Below, in pieces: positions 25,646-40,750 of a stretch of DNA of 64,000 nucleotides. Source of the DNA: Felis catus (taxonomy: Eukaryota); NCBI RefSeq assembly GCF_018350175.1, contig NC_058368.1, positions 180,484,001 through 180,548,000 of the forward strand. Reading direction: 5' to 3'. Within the stretch, counting starts at the first letter, position 1. Each line of letters starts with the position of its first letter. The notes below the pieces were generated by a model. That model was not told where the DNA came from. It did no database searches and saw only the letters and a list, made by a program, of their open reading frames with translations. A program made the position numbers and the translations under genes.

Positions 25646-27910
25646 AGGTGGAGGGAAAGTAAAGAAGCATGTTAGAATGAAATCTGCATGTATTTGGCTG
25701 AGCTAACACTAAGATAAGGGCTGTGGAGGGGGTGGCCCAGGAGTGGACATGATGGTAATAGACTGGGAACAGAACTTCCAGCGCCCTGGGAGGGGCCTGT
25801 TTTGTTGTGTACCTTCTGGTTAGTTACTTCAGCTCTCTAAGCTCCTCCTGGCCTCTCAGGTGGTGGTAAAATTCAAATACAATCCATGTGGGCAAAAGGG
25901 TTTATGAATGCATAAGTGTAAGGAGATCACTTTTTACTGCCACTGGAGTTGGTTTAGAGGGAGAAGGCAGCCAGGGTGGGGAGCCATTGGAAGGGTGTAG
26001 AGAAGGGAGAGGGGGAGAGAATGAGGGGAGCACTAAAGACAGGTGGGGACAGGCAAGAGGAGGTTCTGTTCTGTTCTGCCCAGGCCTGGGGACCCTGGAG
26101 CCCTGGGAAGGTTTGTGGAGCTGGTTTGGGTGCCAAGTGGTCACCTCCTACTTACTGAGAACCCAGATAAGGACCCAAGCAAGGCATTCCTAGTTCCTCT
26201 CTGGCAGGATGGCCACTGGGAAGGTTGTCCTTGAGGGGTCACAGGCCTCCCACCGTTAGGGCCTGCTAGCAGAGAAAGGCCCTTTTGCTTTATGTAGCTT
26301 GTGTGGTAGGAAGATGGAGGGGGCAGTGGAACCTTGACTTCTTCACAAATCAAGACTTCAAGACTGGGACTGTGTGTGCAGCTAGTTTCAAGGCGGGAGC
26401 CCCACCTTCAGTCTTCACTGACTAAGAATAATAGTAATTTGTGGTCAGTCAGTAGCCTTCCCTATGTGCTAGGCACTAGATTGGGTGTTTATTGCAACAA
26501 TCCTGTGAGATAGTATTCTACCAATTTTACAGGGGAGGAAACTGAGTCTTCAGAGGTTAAGAGCCAAGGCTTAGCTAGAAAGTAGAATAGTTGGGATTTA
26601 AAGCAGCGTTTGTTTTTTGTTTTTGACTCCAAAGACCATAATTCAAAAAAGGCCTGATGTTTTTCCTGAATAGTAGCTTACTATTTAATATGCACTTGTT
26701 AAGTGACCGGCACTGCCCAGCACTTTACATGTAAACCCGTCTGGAGCCTACAGACGCAGCTCTAGGAAGATTTTGTGGGAAAGGCCGCCATCTAGTGGCC
26801 AAACTGCAAGCCCAGCATTTTCCAGGAAGAAGTGATCGCTGAGGAAGGTGGGGCTTTGGGAAACAGGAGAAGTCAGTGCTGGTGCAGCCTTGCTTTTGGA
26901 GGGCTGCTGCGCAGTCATAGTGCCAGCTCTGGCCGTCAGAGGAGGCTCAGGCTGCCCAGCTGCCTCAGGATGGAAGGTGGGACTTGGGTGTGGCAAACCA
27001 GAATTGTCCTGGAAAGTCCCAACTTGGGCCCCTCAGAGGCTCCCTAAAGGTAAGCCTTAGACTTCAAACCCCTCTCCTGAGGTGTTGAGTACTTTCACTG
27101 GAGTGGGATGGGGAGGAGGGACGTTGGTGCACATGAGGCTTTCCTTGGAGAGCTACACTGGGATCCTACCCTTGATGCTCTGTGTCGTACAGACACTATC
27201 CCCAACACGCAGGGAGTCCCACAGCCTCGTCCTCCCTTCTCTAATGGTGTTCTGAGGAGCTCTCCTTCTGTTCTCCCCAATTGCCCCAGTTCAGGTTCTC
27301 AATCTGGGCTGGTACATTCGGGCTGTTACAATTTCCCAGGCTCTATTTTGTTGGCTCCCCTTTACTCCCTTCTTTGCTTGTGGAAGGATTTCCTAATTGT
27401 GGAGGGTGGAGGACCCCACGTAGGCCCCCTCCAGCCCTGCAGGAGAATGTCCAGCTTCCTGGCCTGATTTTCATTCCTGCTTCAATCTCTCCCACACTCC
27501 TCGTCCCAGGCCCGCGCCACCTGTTGGGCTCTGACTTGGTGCTTCTCAGTCCTGGCAAGGCTGCACATGCAGATCACATGGGGAGCTTCCATGCCTCCCC
27601 GTGCCCACAGCCCTGGAGATTCTGGTTTAACTGACCTGGGACCTGGAGGTCGTAGGTATGTTTCAAAAGCCCCCAGCTGATTGTAATACGTGGCCAGGGG
27701 GCTCATGCATAGCCATTGTTCCAGCCTTTCTGGACTTCTCCCCAGTCGACTTGCATATTTTTTTCTCTCTCCTGTGTCTAACACATACTTCCCTCTCAGC
27801 CCAGAGTGCCCTCTTCCACCTTTTCCAAATGACACTCTCTTACCTGTGAAGGCTCAGCACAAATGCTCTTGGAGAGAACTTGCAGCCCTCTCCTCTAGGC
27901 TTCACATTTT

Positions 27911-27974
27911 TGTTTATTTTCTTTTAGAGAGTGTGTGTGTGTGGGAGGAGCTGAAGGGGAGGGAGGGAGGGAGG

Positions 27975-28013
<39 letters not shown>

Positions 28014-28150
28014 GAGAACGAACAAATCTTGAGCAGGTTCCATGCTCAGTGTAGAGCCCAATTTGGGGCTCAATCCCATGACTCTGGGATCATGAACAGA
28101 GCTGAGATCAAGAGTTGGATGCTCAACCGACTGAGCCACCCAGGCATCCC
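27911..28150 (-). mobile_element. CanSINE (SINEC)
   Basis: GA tract and head; ttcacatttt repeated on both flanks. Confidence 0.88.
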
Positions 28151-28768
28151 ATGGGATTCACATTTTTATGCATCACTTCTATGTGCCCTTGAGCCTACTG
28201 TGTCCCATTGATTGGCTTGTTTCTCCTCACACCTTGGACTATGAGATCTTGGACCGTGAGATACTTATCTTTGCCCAGCTTCTAACATGCTGGACAGAAT
28301 TGTGCTCGGTGATTGAATATTGATGGATATCAACATTGATGAGTGTCTTTCTCACATAGTCTGTCTTCATGTTGCTGAGACCTTCGACCTTGCAAATGTC
28401 AATCTTTCTGAAGAGCCCTTGAGGCTATGAACCAGGGTTTCACACTGAGAGTACCTGTTCATGTTCCCTAGGTCTGGAAGAGGGGAATTGCCACATGGAG
28501 TGCGATTTGAGGGAAGGTCCTCCTTCATCTTCCCAACCCCTGCATAAAAATCTCACCCATGTGATGAATGGCTCATTCCTCAATTTTCACACTTAGAAAA
28601 CCTGTGCTTGGAGCAAAGAGTTAAAAGTAATAAAAACTAACATTTCCTGAGTACTTAGCGTACGTTAGTGATACATACAGTATCTTATTTAGTCATCATG
28701 GCAGCCTTGTTCTTACTAATCCTCACGTACAGGTGAGGGAACGGAGGCTCTTGGACATGAATTACATG

Positions 28769-29160
28769 TCAGAGACTGCTTGGGCTCACTAATATCCAGT
28801 CTCCTCTTCTGAAGGTCAGAGTCAAACTACATTTTCTAGTCTCTCTTGCAGCAGGTGGGTCCATGGATATATGAGAGTGGAGAGGCTATGTCTCATTTTC
28901 AGGTAGGGCCCATTCAAAATAAAATAGTTACACACGTGGTCTTGGGTCTTGTGTCATCAACCAGCTCAATGGAGAGGATGTTGAAGATTCTGAAGACCTA
29001 GAAGACTGAGCCACAAGGTGAAAGGAGGCTGGGGCCCTGAGTGACTGAATGGAGCAGAGCCATTCCCATCCCTGACCCACAGTGGATGACTATATGAGTA
29101 AGAATTCAACTTTTTTTGTGTTAACTTATGCTGGGTATATCTCTTATACAACAGCTATTA
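28769..29160 (+). mobile_element. MLT1-like ERVL-MaLR solo LTR
   Basis: actacattttctagtctctcttgcag...agccacaag...atggagcagagcc...tgtgttaa motif order. Confidence 0.65.
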
Positions 29161-31469
29161 CTATTTAATGTAATCATCTCAAGCTCCCATGTTTAGGGAG
29201 TCATGGAGTTAGAACATGTTTCCAGGCAGGCCGTCTTTGCACAATTCTATCCCCTGCACTGCCTTTCCAGAATTCTGTATCAAGGTACAAATGCTCTGGG
29301 AGAGGTCAAGAATTTCCTACCGTCATTCTAGGACCATTCTAGCCTGAGAAAAGGCAGGGGAGGATTTTTACCCAAGGCTGTCTTCCCCTTCCATGTTACT
29401 GATTCATGTGTGTGTATTGTGAGGGCTTGGACTGGTCTAGGTGTAGGAGGAAACTCATAGATAATTCAAAGATGGTTGGCATACAAGAGGAGAGTTTCAG
29501 GTTCTAGTGAATTTCTGGTGACATTTTGTGATTCCCTGTCTGCCACACTATTTGGCCACCCCTTTGGGTCTACCTGCCACCTAAGAGTCTGGTTGGGGCA
29601 GAGGAGCTCTGGGCTAAACGAGCTCCCCACTGGCTTCTTGCCTGTGATTAACTGTCATGTTTTGTCCCACTGGCTGCTTCTACCCAGGGAGACACAACAG
29701 AGTAACACCTTTGTAGCCCCCAACAAACCAGGATTCAGGCTGGCCCCATGATCAGTTGGAGGCTGCTCTGTGAGTATATATCCAAGTGACCCTGACACCA
29801 TTCAGATTAAAGGCAGGTAGCAGCTGGACCAAAGCACATAGGAGGAACTGATTCCTGCCTCCTTCCTGAAGGGAAATGGTGCAAACTCACCGCACTTGGC
29901 AAAAGTGTTCACATATGCTTCTGAGAGGGAAGTTGTCCGAAATGTGTTTGTTCCCCCGTGTGGTTTACTGAAGCCTCGCCTGTTGTGCTGATAATGCTAA
30001 CAGAGCCCATGAGACTTGACAACCTGGTGTAAAGCAGGCCAGCCTTGCCTCTCTCTCCCTTTCCTTCTGCCTGGGGAAACCACCCCTGGCCTGGCTGGAT
30101 GACTGGGAAGGCAGCAGTGACTCGAAGCACTGGAAGGGTCTCAGTGGTGTCCTCCCTAGACCTCCTGGGGAGGCCTTGAAGTCAGCCACAGCTAGGCTTG
30201 AATCTTATTCCACCACTTACTGGCTGTGGATAATTGGCTTTAGTTTCCTCACCTGCAGAATGAATGCTACCAGGAGCTTGTCCTTGCAATCCAGCCACTC
30301 AATGCACTTCCATTTCCTTCTGAAGTCCCAAATGCCTTCATATCAGGTCAGTGGCCACCAGCCTTCTGCTTCACCTCACACAGATGACCACGTCAGCCAT
30401 ACTGTGTCCAGAGCACTTATTTATGAAAAGACTCTCTCTTGTTTTTAATGAAAGAAAGACTGAAGGGTTTTTTTCTTTTTAATCTGTGCATCTTCCGGTT
30501 CCTGCTAACCTCTTTTGAGTTCAGACTGTCTCACCACAGATCCTTTGGATATTCTGTTCCCTAGGTCTGGAATGCTTTTCAGTCTCTTCACCTGGTTAAC
30601 TCTTTCAGCCCCCAGCAACTTCTGTGATGTTCTCACTCTAGGTCACCTCTCCAGTAATGTGCTTCCATAGCTTTATACATCTATCCTTCTTGGTGCTTAA
30701 TACCCCTACCATTTTCACTGCTTAGTGTAATGATTTGACTATCATCTGTTTACATCCTTGGCCCTTAGTTTCAAGAGGCGAGGACCCATGTTTATGCCTG
30801 CCCACCTCCTTTATCCCCAGAACTTAGCACAGGACCTGGCACATGACAAGCTCTCTCTATAATGTTGCTGAATGAATGAAAGGTGAGGATTAAATGAAAA
30901 TATTGTGTGCAGAGCACTTAGCACTGTTCTTGGCATTAGTAAGCATCAATAAATATTAGCTATTGATTATGGTATTCCTCTGTGGCCTTGGTGGAAGAAA
31001 ATTCATCCAAATCATAAGTGTTCTCCTTATTTGGGTTGCCCCAAGTGTGCAAATATGGGAGTAAATTAATCTGGAAGAAAATATAAACACACACAAATAC
31101 ATGCACATCTCCCAGTGAGGTGAGAGGGTTTGCCCTCACTTCCTGTCAGCACTTCCTGGAAGTAGAATGTGGCATCAGGGAGAAGCCTGACTGTCCCTTG
31201 AGGGCTGGAAGGACCCACCCATGCATGGATCCAGCCCCAGGCCCAGACTTTCCTCACTTCTGATCCATGCAGAAAAGGGGGCTGCAGATGTAGGCAGAGA
31301 TCATTCTAGCACTCAGAGCAGTTTGGGGAGCATTGAGCTGCCTTCTAACAAAAGTTCCTCCCAAAGTTTGAAATACCAGCTCAGCCTGTATGTCTAGGAA
31401 GCTCCCTTTTCCTCCATCAGCCTTTACATTTTCCTCACCTGAAAGCATTTCCACAGAAGACCAGTGTCC

Positions 31470-32845
31470 ACAGGAGTTTTAGAGACTTTATTTATGTATA
31501 AACAATTTAAACACTTTGCCATAAATTATCTTTGCCTGTCCCTAGTCTTTGCTTAGCAGCAAATTAAAATTAATATAAAAACTCGATGAACAATTCATAC
31601 ATGTATATTACAAAAAAGTTCCTGTACCAAAGTTCTTATTAGACTTTTTTTTTTATTTTTTATTTTTTGTGTTTTTTTTTTTTAATTTTTTATTTTCTCT
31701 CCTCGTGGTGACTGTCATGTGATTGTCTCAGTTTCTGGACCAAACAAACACACTAATAATTTAAAATCTGAAACGGTGATTGTGCCTTGAGGCTTATGTA
31801 TGTACAGGGTGATCTGAAGTGGTGCCCATTAGCAAGAGTGTCACAATGCCACACCTCTACTGCAACTGATACCCACGAACTACGGAATCTAAACAGACTA
31901 CACCCTGTAACTGCGTATTACTGTCCACAATGGAATCTTCAAAGACAAAAGAGTATGAAATTTATCTGTAGTGATTATAGCCACCATTTTGAATTAAATT
32001 GTACACTCTGCGCTCAAATAAATTAACTCAGGCCGGACTAAGTTGGGACCTGAGAGTTAAGTGCTGAACGGTATTATCTCGCTTTGATTTTTTGATAGTA
32101 ATTTCCTTTTTTGTGTGTGTGTTTTTAGTTTTTTTTTTTTTCTTTCTTTAAAAAGTATTTCCAGTGCTCACTCTTTCACTTGTATCCCCCCCTCCCCGGT
32201 CGCTACACACAAATCACCCCCAAAGTCGTGTTTTCAATGCACCTGTACTGGTTGAAACGAAAACGTCTGTGGTATTTGTCCAACAAACAGTCTGAATCGG
32301 TTTCCTCAGCTGGTCTGTGACGCTGGCCCTGGTGGATGTGTCTGCGTCGCTCACGTGTGGATGAGTGAGGTAATAGAATAGGAGGCCTTCTCGTCTTCAC
32401 GTCTTTGTTTTTCGGTCGTGTGTACGTGTTTTGTTTTTTTGTTTTTTGTTTTTTTTTGTGTTTTGTTTTGTTTTTCTGTTCTCTTGTTCCTTTTAGACAT
32501 TTCGCGTCTTTTTTTTTTTTTTTTTTTTTTTCTTTTTTTCCTGTGTAGACCCAGAACAAGTGGGTCATATTTTAGGGGAACTTGAAACATTTTGTGTGTT
32601 TGTTCATTCATTCATTTGTTTTGTTTTCCTCAGAATTTTCAGCCAGGCTTTAGTCTACTTCAGGATGTGGGACTTCTTGCTTGGATAGTAGCATTTGAAC
32701 TCAAAAAATGTGAGCTTCCTTGCCACTTGGTATCCTAAAGCAGCCCGGCCTTAGTGCCCCTGTTAGGTCTTCATCTCCTTAGGAGAGGAGATAACAGTTA
32801 CTCCCGCCAAGCCATCCAGACAGGGAATGGCAGCAGATTATTTTG
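31470..32845 (-). other. TENM2: TENM2 3'UTR
   Basis: Sequence free of interspersed repeats between the stop codon and the AATAAA, with long A-rich tracts on the mRNA strand. The 3' end position is approximate. Confidence 0.8.
31487..31492 (-). terminator. TENM2: Probable TENM2 polyadenylation signal (AATAAA)
   Basis: tttatt on the + strand at the end of the AU-rich UTR block; the sequence changes character beyond it. Confidence 0.75.
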
Positions 32846-33676
<831 letters not shown>

Positions 33677-34107
33677 TCATTAAAAAAAGGCTCAGAAAGG
33701 GGAATGCTTGGACTCCCTGTAAGAACTAGTCTTCTATCTGTAACGATGCCAGCTAATATGTCCTACCTTTTGAAACTAGCAGAGGCTGGCTGGTTCCCAG
33801 TGCTCTGATGGTGTGACCTGTCCGCCTTGGAACTGTGACCCTAACTAAAAAGACAGTACAGAGGTTTGCCACCTTGCTGACATCTATACCCAGGCCTACC
33901 CACTTACCATGTCTCTCCAGTATTGGAGAAGAGAGAGTCACTCTGCCCTCAGATGGTTTGGCAGCTGCCTTGCACACTTCAGACCCAGGACTATCCTGAC
34001 CTGTAGGGCAGGGTGTTTGTTTGAGAAGCTATGAACCCTGCTGCTGTGACCTAGATTTTTTTCGAGGCCAATGCCCTGAGCATTCATTAACTTCCTTGGG
34101 TTAAGAC

Positions 34108-34270
34108 CTTGCTACTCAAAGCATGGCTAGCAGCAGAAGAATCGCCGGGACCTGCCTTGTTAGAAAAACAGAATCTCAGGCCTTACTCCAGGCCTACTGA
34201 GTCAGAAGCTACATCTTAACGAGGCATACCCTAGGTGGTTTGTGTGCATATTAATGTTTCAGAAGCACCA
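34108..34270. mobile_element. MER5-like hAT element
   Basis: tgctactcaaag...cttgttagaaa...cagaatctcagg...tttcagaagcac. Confidence 0.7.
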
Positions 34271-35163
34271 GACTAAGAGGTTCTGGCACTGTGGGCCAGA
34301 GGGAATATCCCTGGGCTTTGAGTCATTTGCTTTGGATCCTAGCCCCAGTTCTGCAGAGGGACGAAATCACCATTATCTCCTTGGCCTTGAGCTCTCTACT
34401 CACAAATTACAACTCCTCTCAATTGGTGGTTGGGGGACAGGCTGGGATAATGGAAGAGGCTGTGTTTGGGAGGTAACAGCACTTAGATAAATGAGAGAAA
34501 TGATGGCTATTCATCCACTGAGTGGTCCCCGAAGGGCAGAGCTGAGAGGACGTTGTTCTCAATTACCCACCAGCTCCTCCTTGTCTCTCTCTAGTTACAC
34601 AGTGTGGATGATTATTCAGAGCAGCTGAGACCTTTCAGACTTTTATGTTGCTGGGCACTGTTCTGTAACAGGGGTTATCTGAACACTGTTGCCCACCCCT
34701 CCTGTCTGACCGTGCCAGTGTCTCCGCAGCACCCAAATGGAAACTGACCACCTCTCGGTCATCACTGAAAGACCCAAGCACAAATTATGTTCTGAAAACT
34801 CAATCTGTATACATTTGGGCCATAAAACGCTGAGGTTTTATGTCAGGCATAAAAATGTTCTTTAATGGGATAGAAACTGCAAACCACAGTTATATTATGT
34901 CCCATAAAAGCCAAAAGGGTTATGATCTTATAGGCAGTGCAGATGGTAGGTTGCTACTAGGTTTCTCGGTGCTATTGTTAATCAAGGAGTGACTCTAAGG
35001 GTATATACTGAACAGATAATGATACCACAATTAAGGTCATAATTGAGGTTGGGAAGAAATATTTGCTGCGCCAGACAGGTGATAGCCCTGACATTCGCTT
35101 TCCTGGGAAGTCACAATGTTTCAGGCACCTTTTTATACCCAGCTCTGATGTTTTCCTCCCCTA

Positions 35164-35649
<486 letters not shown>

Positions 35650-36559
35650 TTACTTTGTGACCTTGGGTAAGTTCCTGCCCCTCTCTAAGTTTCAGGTTCT
35701 TCAGATGTGAATTGGGATGATAGCTAGACCAGTGTTGTTGGGTTGTTGTGAAGGTTGAAGGAGAAATCCATGTAAAGGACTTGTCACAGTGCCTGGGACA
35801 TAGATAGCTCAATAAATATGAACTCCTTCACTTGGCAAGTATTTAAGGAGGCATCTGTGATAGGCCAGTTAATGTGTTTGGAAGATGGACATACAATGAT
35901 CAACTAGATGGATAAGTGATGATTATTAACACTACGTAAGACATTGGCAGGGGCAGGAGGCTGCCCTGAGGCTGGCTTTTTATAGAAAGGGTGTTCCAAA
36001 GGTATATGGAAGGCCCAAAGTCTTCTGGCTCCTGAGACCCTTTTTTTTCAGGTACCTACTCTTCAGAGAGAGGCCAGGAGAGTGCTCTTGCATGCCCAGA
36101 GTAAGACTTCCCTTCCCCTGCCAGGGTCATGACTGAGTCCCTTGTTTTGGGAATTCTATCTCTTGCCCCATGGTCCTGCTGTCCATTGACTGATTCAGGC
36201 TCTCAGAGTAAGACCGAGGCCCTCAGGCTGCCTTGTCTCCTTTCACAGTGATCAGCAGAGAGCCTGGGACATGAATCCCTTGAGCACTCAAAGTCTCACT
36301 CATGGCATCGGCCTGGAGCCCAGCAGGAATCTCCCTTTTATGCTCCTTATCCCTGTTTATAATGGGTACCCCAACATCATGCCCTATGTCTCTCCACTTC
36401 TCCTACCGTTGCTGGGCCTGGAGGTACAAGTGCTCCTTGTTGCAGTCATTACTGACCTCTGGGCCACTCACTCACCTGCAATTTCTTGGTGATTTCCTGC
36501 TCCACTGTCCTTCTCTCCACCTGTTTCTAAATTCGTTCTTAGTGACTTCGTTATATAAG

Positions 36560-39500
36560 GATTAATCCTTCCAACATTCTGGCCTCTTCATTCCTTCGAT
36601 GCCCCCTCCCCCAACCCCCATATTCATCCTCTGGACCCTGTCATCACCAATGATTCTGATCTACCATTATCTCAATCATGCACATCACCCTCTGACCACC
36701 ACCTGGACTCCTTTATAGTTTACTCATTTTGTAACCTGACACCCATGCTCCTTGATCCTCTCTCCCCCTCCCTGGGACCTTCAAAACCTCCTGAGCTTCT
36801 TGTCCCTGTTCCTCAACATGTTGGTCTTTTTTCTTACCTAGCACATATCCATAGCCAATCATTAGAATCATTCCTTGCATATATTCCCAGATCCTGTGTC
36901 CCGTTCTCACTTTATCACTTGCTCGGTGAAAATCACAATTTTGGTTAAATCCACATGTTTGCCCATTCCTTATTTGGACCTGTGCAGCTGAATATGTCTG
37001 GAGAAACAAACTTAACTACACTGACTGGTGTCCCTTTAAATTCTTGACCGTGAACCTCAATTGTGCCTTCCTGCTGCCTGACAATATTCCCTTCCTCCAT
37101 CAGTCAATCTCCCATTCTGCTGGGTGATGTTACATTTCTCCTCTCCCCTAACACCCTCAACGTCTGCTTTCCCTTCTCACTAGAGCAGCTGACATTGTTT
37201 CCTATTCTGAAAACAAAAACAAAAACACCCTGATGCAGCCAGAGGGGAATTCCCCTAAACTCTCATCACATTTACTGGCCTTCCAGCATCGGTACCCGTA
37301 TTTCCCACCTTTTTCTTGTTAATCTAGATGAGCTGTTAAAGTCAACCCTCCGTGTGTGCAGTTGGTAGCATCTTTTCTTGCCCACCCAAGGATATCACTC
37401 CAGCAACTCTCTCTCTCTTCCCCATGGCACCAAATTATTCCCTCTTCCAGTGGATCAGCCCTGTCAGCATACAAAAATGCTACCAAATGTCCACCTTAAA
37501 AGAAATTCCTGGGGCACCTGGTGGCTCAGTTGGTTAAGTGTCTGACTCTTGATTTTGGCTCAGGTCATGATATCATGGTTTGTGAGATGGAGCCCCATGT
37601 TGGGCTCTGCCTGACAGCATGGAGCCTGCTTGGGATTCTCTCTCTCTTCCTCTCTCTGCCTTTCTCCTCCTTATGCATCCATGCTCTCTCTTTCTCTCAA
37701 ATATTTATATTAAAATTTATATTAAAAATTATATAAAAATAAATTTATTGTCCCTATTCTCCCATTTGCTACCATCTTTTCTTTCACCCTCCTTGATAAA
37801 AACTTCTCAAGATTAAAATAATTCTTTCCACTTCTTGTTTCCTATTCTCCTTTGAACCAGACTTTGTCCCCAACTATTCCACTGAACCAACTCTTGTTAA
37901 GGTCATGAATGACCTCCATGTTGCTAAGTCATATGTTAATCTTGGGTCCTTATCTTATTTGACTTATCAGAAATATTTGACAGGTTGAATGCTCCTGCTT
38001 TCATTTTCTTCTTGACTTTCTGGCCAACACATTCACTTGCTTGTCCTTCTCCTACTGTGGTCGCCATTCTTTGTCCCTTCTTGGTTCCTCCTCATCTGCC
38101 TCATGATCTCTTTTTTAAAAAAAATTTTAATGTTCGTTTGTTTTTGAGAGAGAGAGTGTGAGGTGGGGAGGGGCAGAGAGAGAGGGAGACACAGAATCTG
38201 AAGCAGGGTCCAGGCTATGAGCTGTCAGAGAGCTGGATGTGGGGCTCAAACTCATGGACTGCGAGATCATGACCCGAGCTGAAGTCAAACGCTTAACTGA
38301 CTGAGCCACCCAGTTTCCCCCTCCTGATCTCTTTAATGTTGGAATGCCCTAGACTCAGTCTCTGAACATCTCCACTCTATCTACTCTCACAAACATGGTG
38401 ATCTTATCCATCCTTAGGGCCCTAGCTACCATCTAAATGCTGATGCTGACTCCAAAATTTATATCTCCATCCTGTGTCTCTCCTTGAACTCTAAACTAAT
38501 ATATCTAATTACATTTCAAAGTTTTGTCCAAAACTGAACCCCTGATCTTCCTCCCCAAACCTGTCCCATCACAGACTTTTCCATCCCAGATAATGGCCCC
38601 ACTCCATCCTTCCAGCTACCATCCTTAACTCCTTTCTTTTCCTTGCTCTCCACATCTAAATCTACTGATAAATCCTCTACTTTTTTTTTATTGAGGTAAT
38701 ATTCACATAACATAAAATTCATCATTTTAATCATTTTAAAGTGCAGAGTTCAGTGGCTTCTAGTATATCCACAATGCTGTACAACCATCATTACTCTTTA
38801 ATTCCAGAACATTTTCATCACCTCAAAAAGAAGCCTTATACCTATTAGCAGTCGTTCTACATTCTCCTTTCCCCTCAGTCCCTGACCACCACCAAACTGC
38901 TTTCTATCTCTGTGCATTTGCCTATTCTGGACATTTCTTATAAACACAATCATACAATATGTGACCTTTTGTGTCTGGCTTCTTTCACTTAATGTATTCA
39001 AGGTTCATCCTTGTTGTAGCATGTACCAATAGTTCATTTCTTTTTATGGCTAATAATATTCCATTGTTTGTATATACCACATTTTCTTTATCCATTCATC
39101 AGTTAATGGATATCTGGGTAGGTTTTACTCACAGATTTTTGTTTGAAAACCCATTTTCAGTTCTCTTGCTTATATACAAACTTAGGTGTGAAATTGCTGA
39201 ATTGCCGAGTAAAGGGTGAAATCCTCTACTTTTACTTTTAAAACAGACCCAGAATCTGTGTCCATTTCTTGTCACTTCACCACCTTGACCTTGGCCCATC
39301 ATCCCTCACCTGGACTTCTAAGTGGCCTCCCTGCTTCCATCTTGCCGCCCCACAATGTCTTACCAGCATAGCAGATAAGACAGAACCAGGCTTTATTTTA
39401 TTTTTTTATTTTAGAAAGAGAGAAGTGAGAGAGCATAAGCAGGAGAGAGGGGCAGAGGGAGACAGAGGGAGAAACCCAAGCAGGCTCCATGATCAATGCA

Positions 39501-40212
39501 GAGCCTGACGTGGAGCTCAATCCCATGACCCTGGGATGATGACCTGAGCTGAAATCACGAGTCGGACATTCAACCAAATGAGCCACCTAGGTGCTCCCAG
39601 AACGAGCCTTTAAACCTGGAGTAGACCATGCCATGCCTCTGCTGAGAACACTCCAGGAAACCCCCTTTTTTTCTCAGTGAAGAAGCCAAAGTCTTCCTAC
39701 TGGTCTATAAGGGCACTCATTATCTGTTGGACCTCAGGTTCTCCCTTTCTCTTCCTTGCTCACACAGCTCCAGCCTTGATGCTGTTTCTTGAACATGTCA
39801 GGCACACACTCATCTTGGCTTTGCATCGACAAACTCCTCTGCCCAGAGTGTACTTCCCTAAAAGTATTTTCTGGCTTTCTGACCTCTTTTAAGTCTTGTT
39901 CAAATGTTGCCTCTTCAATAAGACAAACCCAACCACCACATTTAAAATCTGTCCCCCTTCTCCACCACCAGCAATGCCAAGTCCCCTTACTCTGTTCATT
40001 GTCTCCACCCCTCTGTCCCTAAAGTAATCACATTCTAACACGCTGTATCATTTGTGTACTTATTGTTTACTGTTTGTCTCTCTCAGAATGTAATTTCCTT
40101 CCGGGCAGGGAGGTAAAAGCTTTGTTTTATCCACTGATGCCCTCCCAGGTCCTATGATAATGCCTGGCACAAAATAGGTGATCGGTAAGTTTCCATGGAG
40201 TGAATGAATGAA
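36560..40212 (+). mobile_element. Long decayed L2 LINE with nested SINEs (37511-37740 +, 38110-38320 -, 39395-39597 -) and an L1 fragment
   Basis: CT-rich L2 ORF2-like motifs (ctcttgttaaggtcatgaatgacctccatgttgctaa) and an L2 3' end (atgcctggcacaaaatagg...tgaatgaatgaa at ~40160-40212). Confidence 0.75.
38685..39218 (-). mobile_element. L1MA/L1MB-type 3' fragment with perfect 15-bp TSD
   Basis: ttttattgaggtaatattcacataac..., with an ORF2 C-terminal remnant (MNTLSERSQTQK). TSD aaatcctctactttt at 38670-38684 and 39219-39233. Confidence 0.85.
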
Positions 40213-40750
40213 AGAACACTGAATGTACGTGGCAAAAGCTGCCCTGACTAGTGTAAGTTTGACAGAGGAACTAACGGTACCTAAGAGCATACTTCTGAAG
40301 AGGTTAAGAAGACTTCCTGCCCTGGGACTGCTGTGAGGGTTTTAATGTTAGCTTTGCTACTAAATATATAGGCATAAAAGAACCTTCTGATGAGAGGGAA
40401 TCTGGGATCTACAGTCCATCCATCATCCTTGGGCACAGACTAGTTCCTTCACTAACTTGGTAACTACTCTGTTAGGGATAGCCCATATAAGAGTCATTTA
40501 AGAATACAGATTTGCAGTTGCCTTAAGAAGTGTGTTTGCATCAAGCAGCGAGAAGCCTGTCTCTAATCCAGCAATGATCCTATATTTACAGAGCGCCTAT
40601 TCTGTGCAAGGTAGGTGCTGGCTGCTGTGGAGGATAAATTTCCCCACTTTGGATATTCATAGTTACTCAGTGCAATTGTTTTTGCCATATCCAGGTATTT
40701 AGTTACTGATTGAAAAAACAAATCTGCCTGTTCCATTTAAGCCCATTTTA

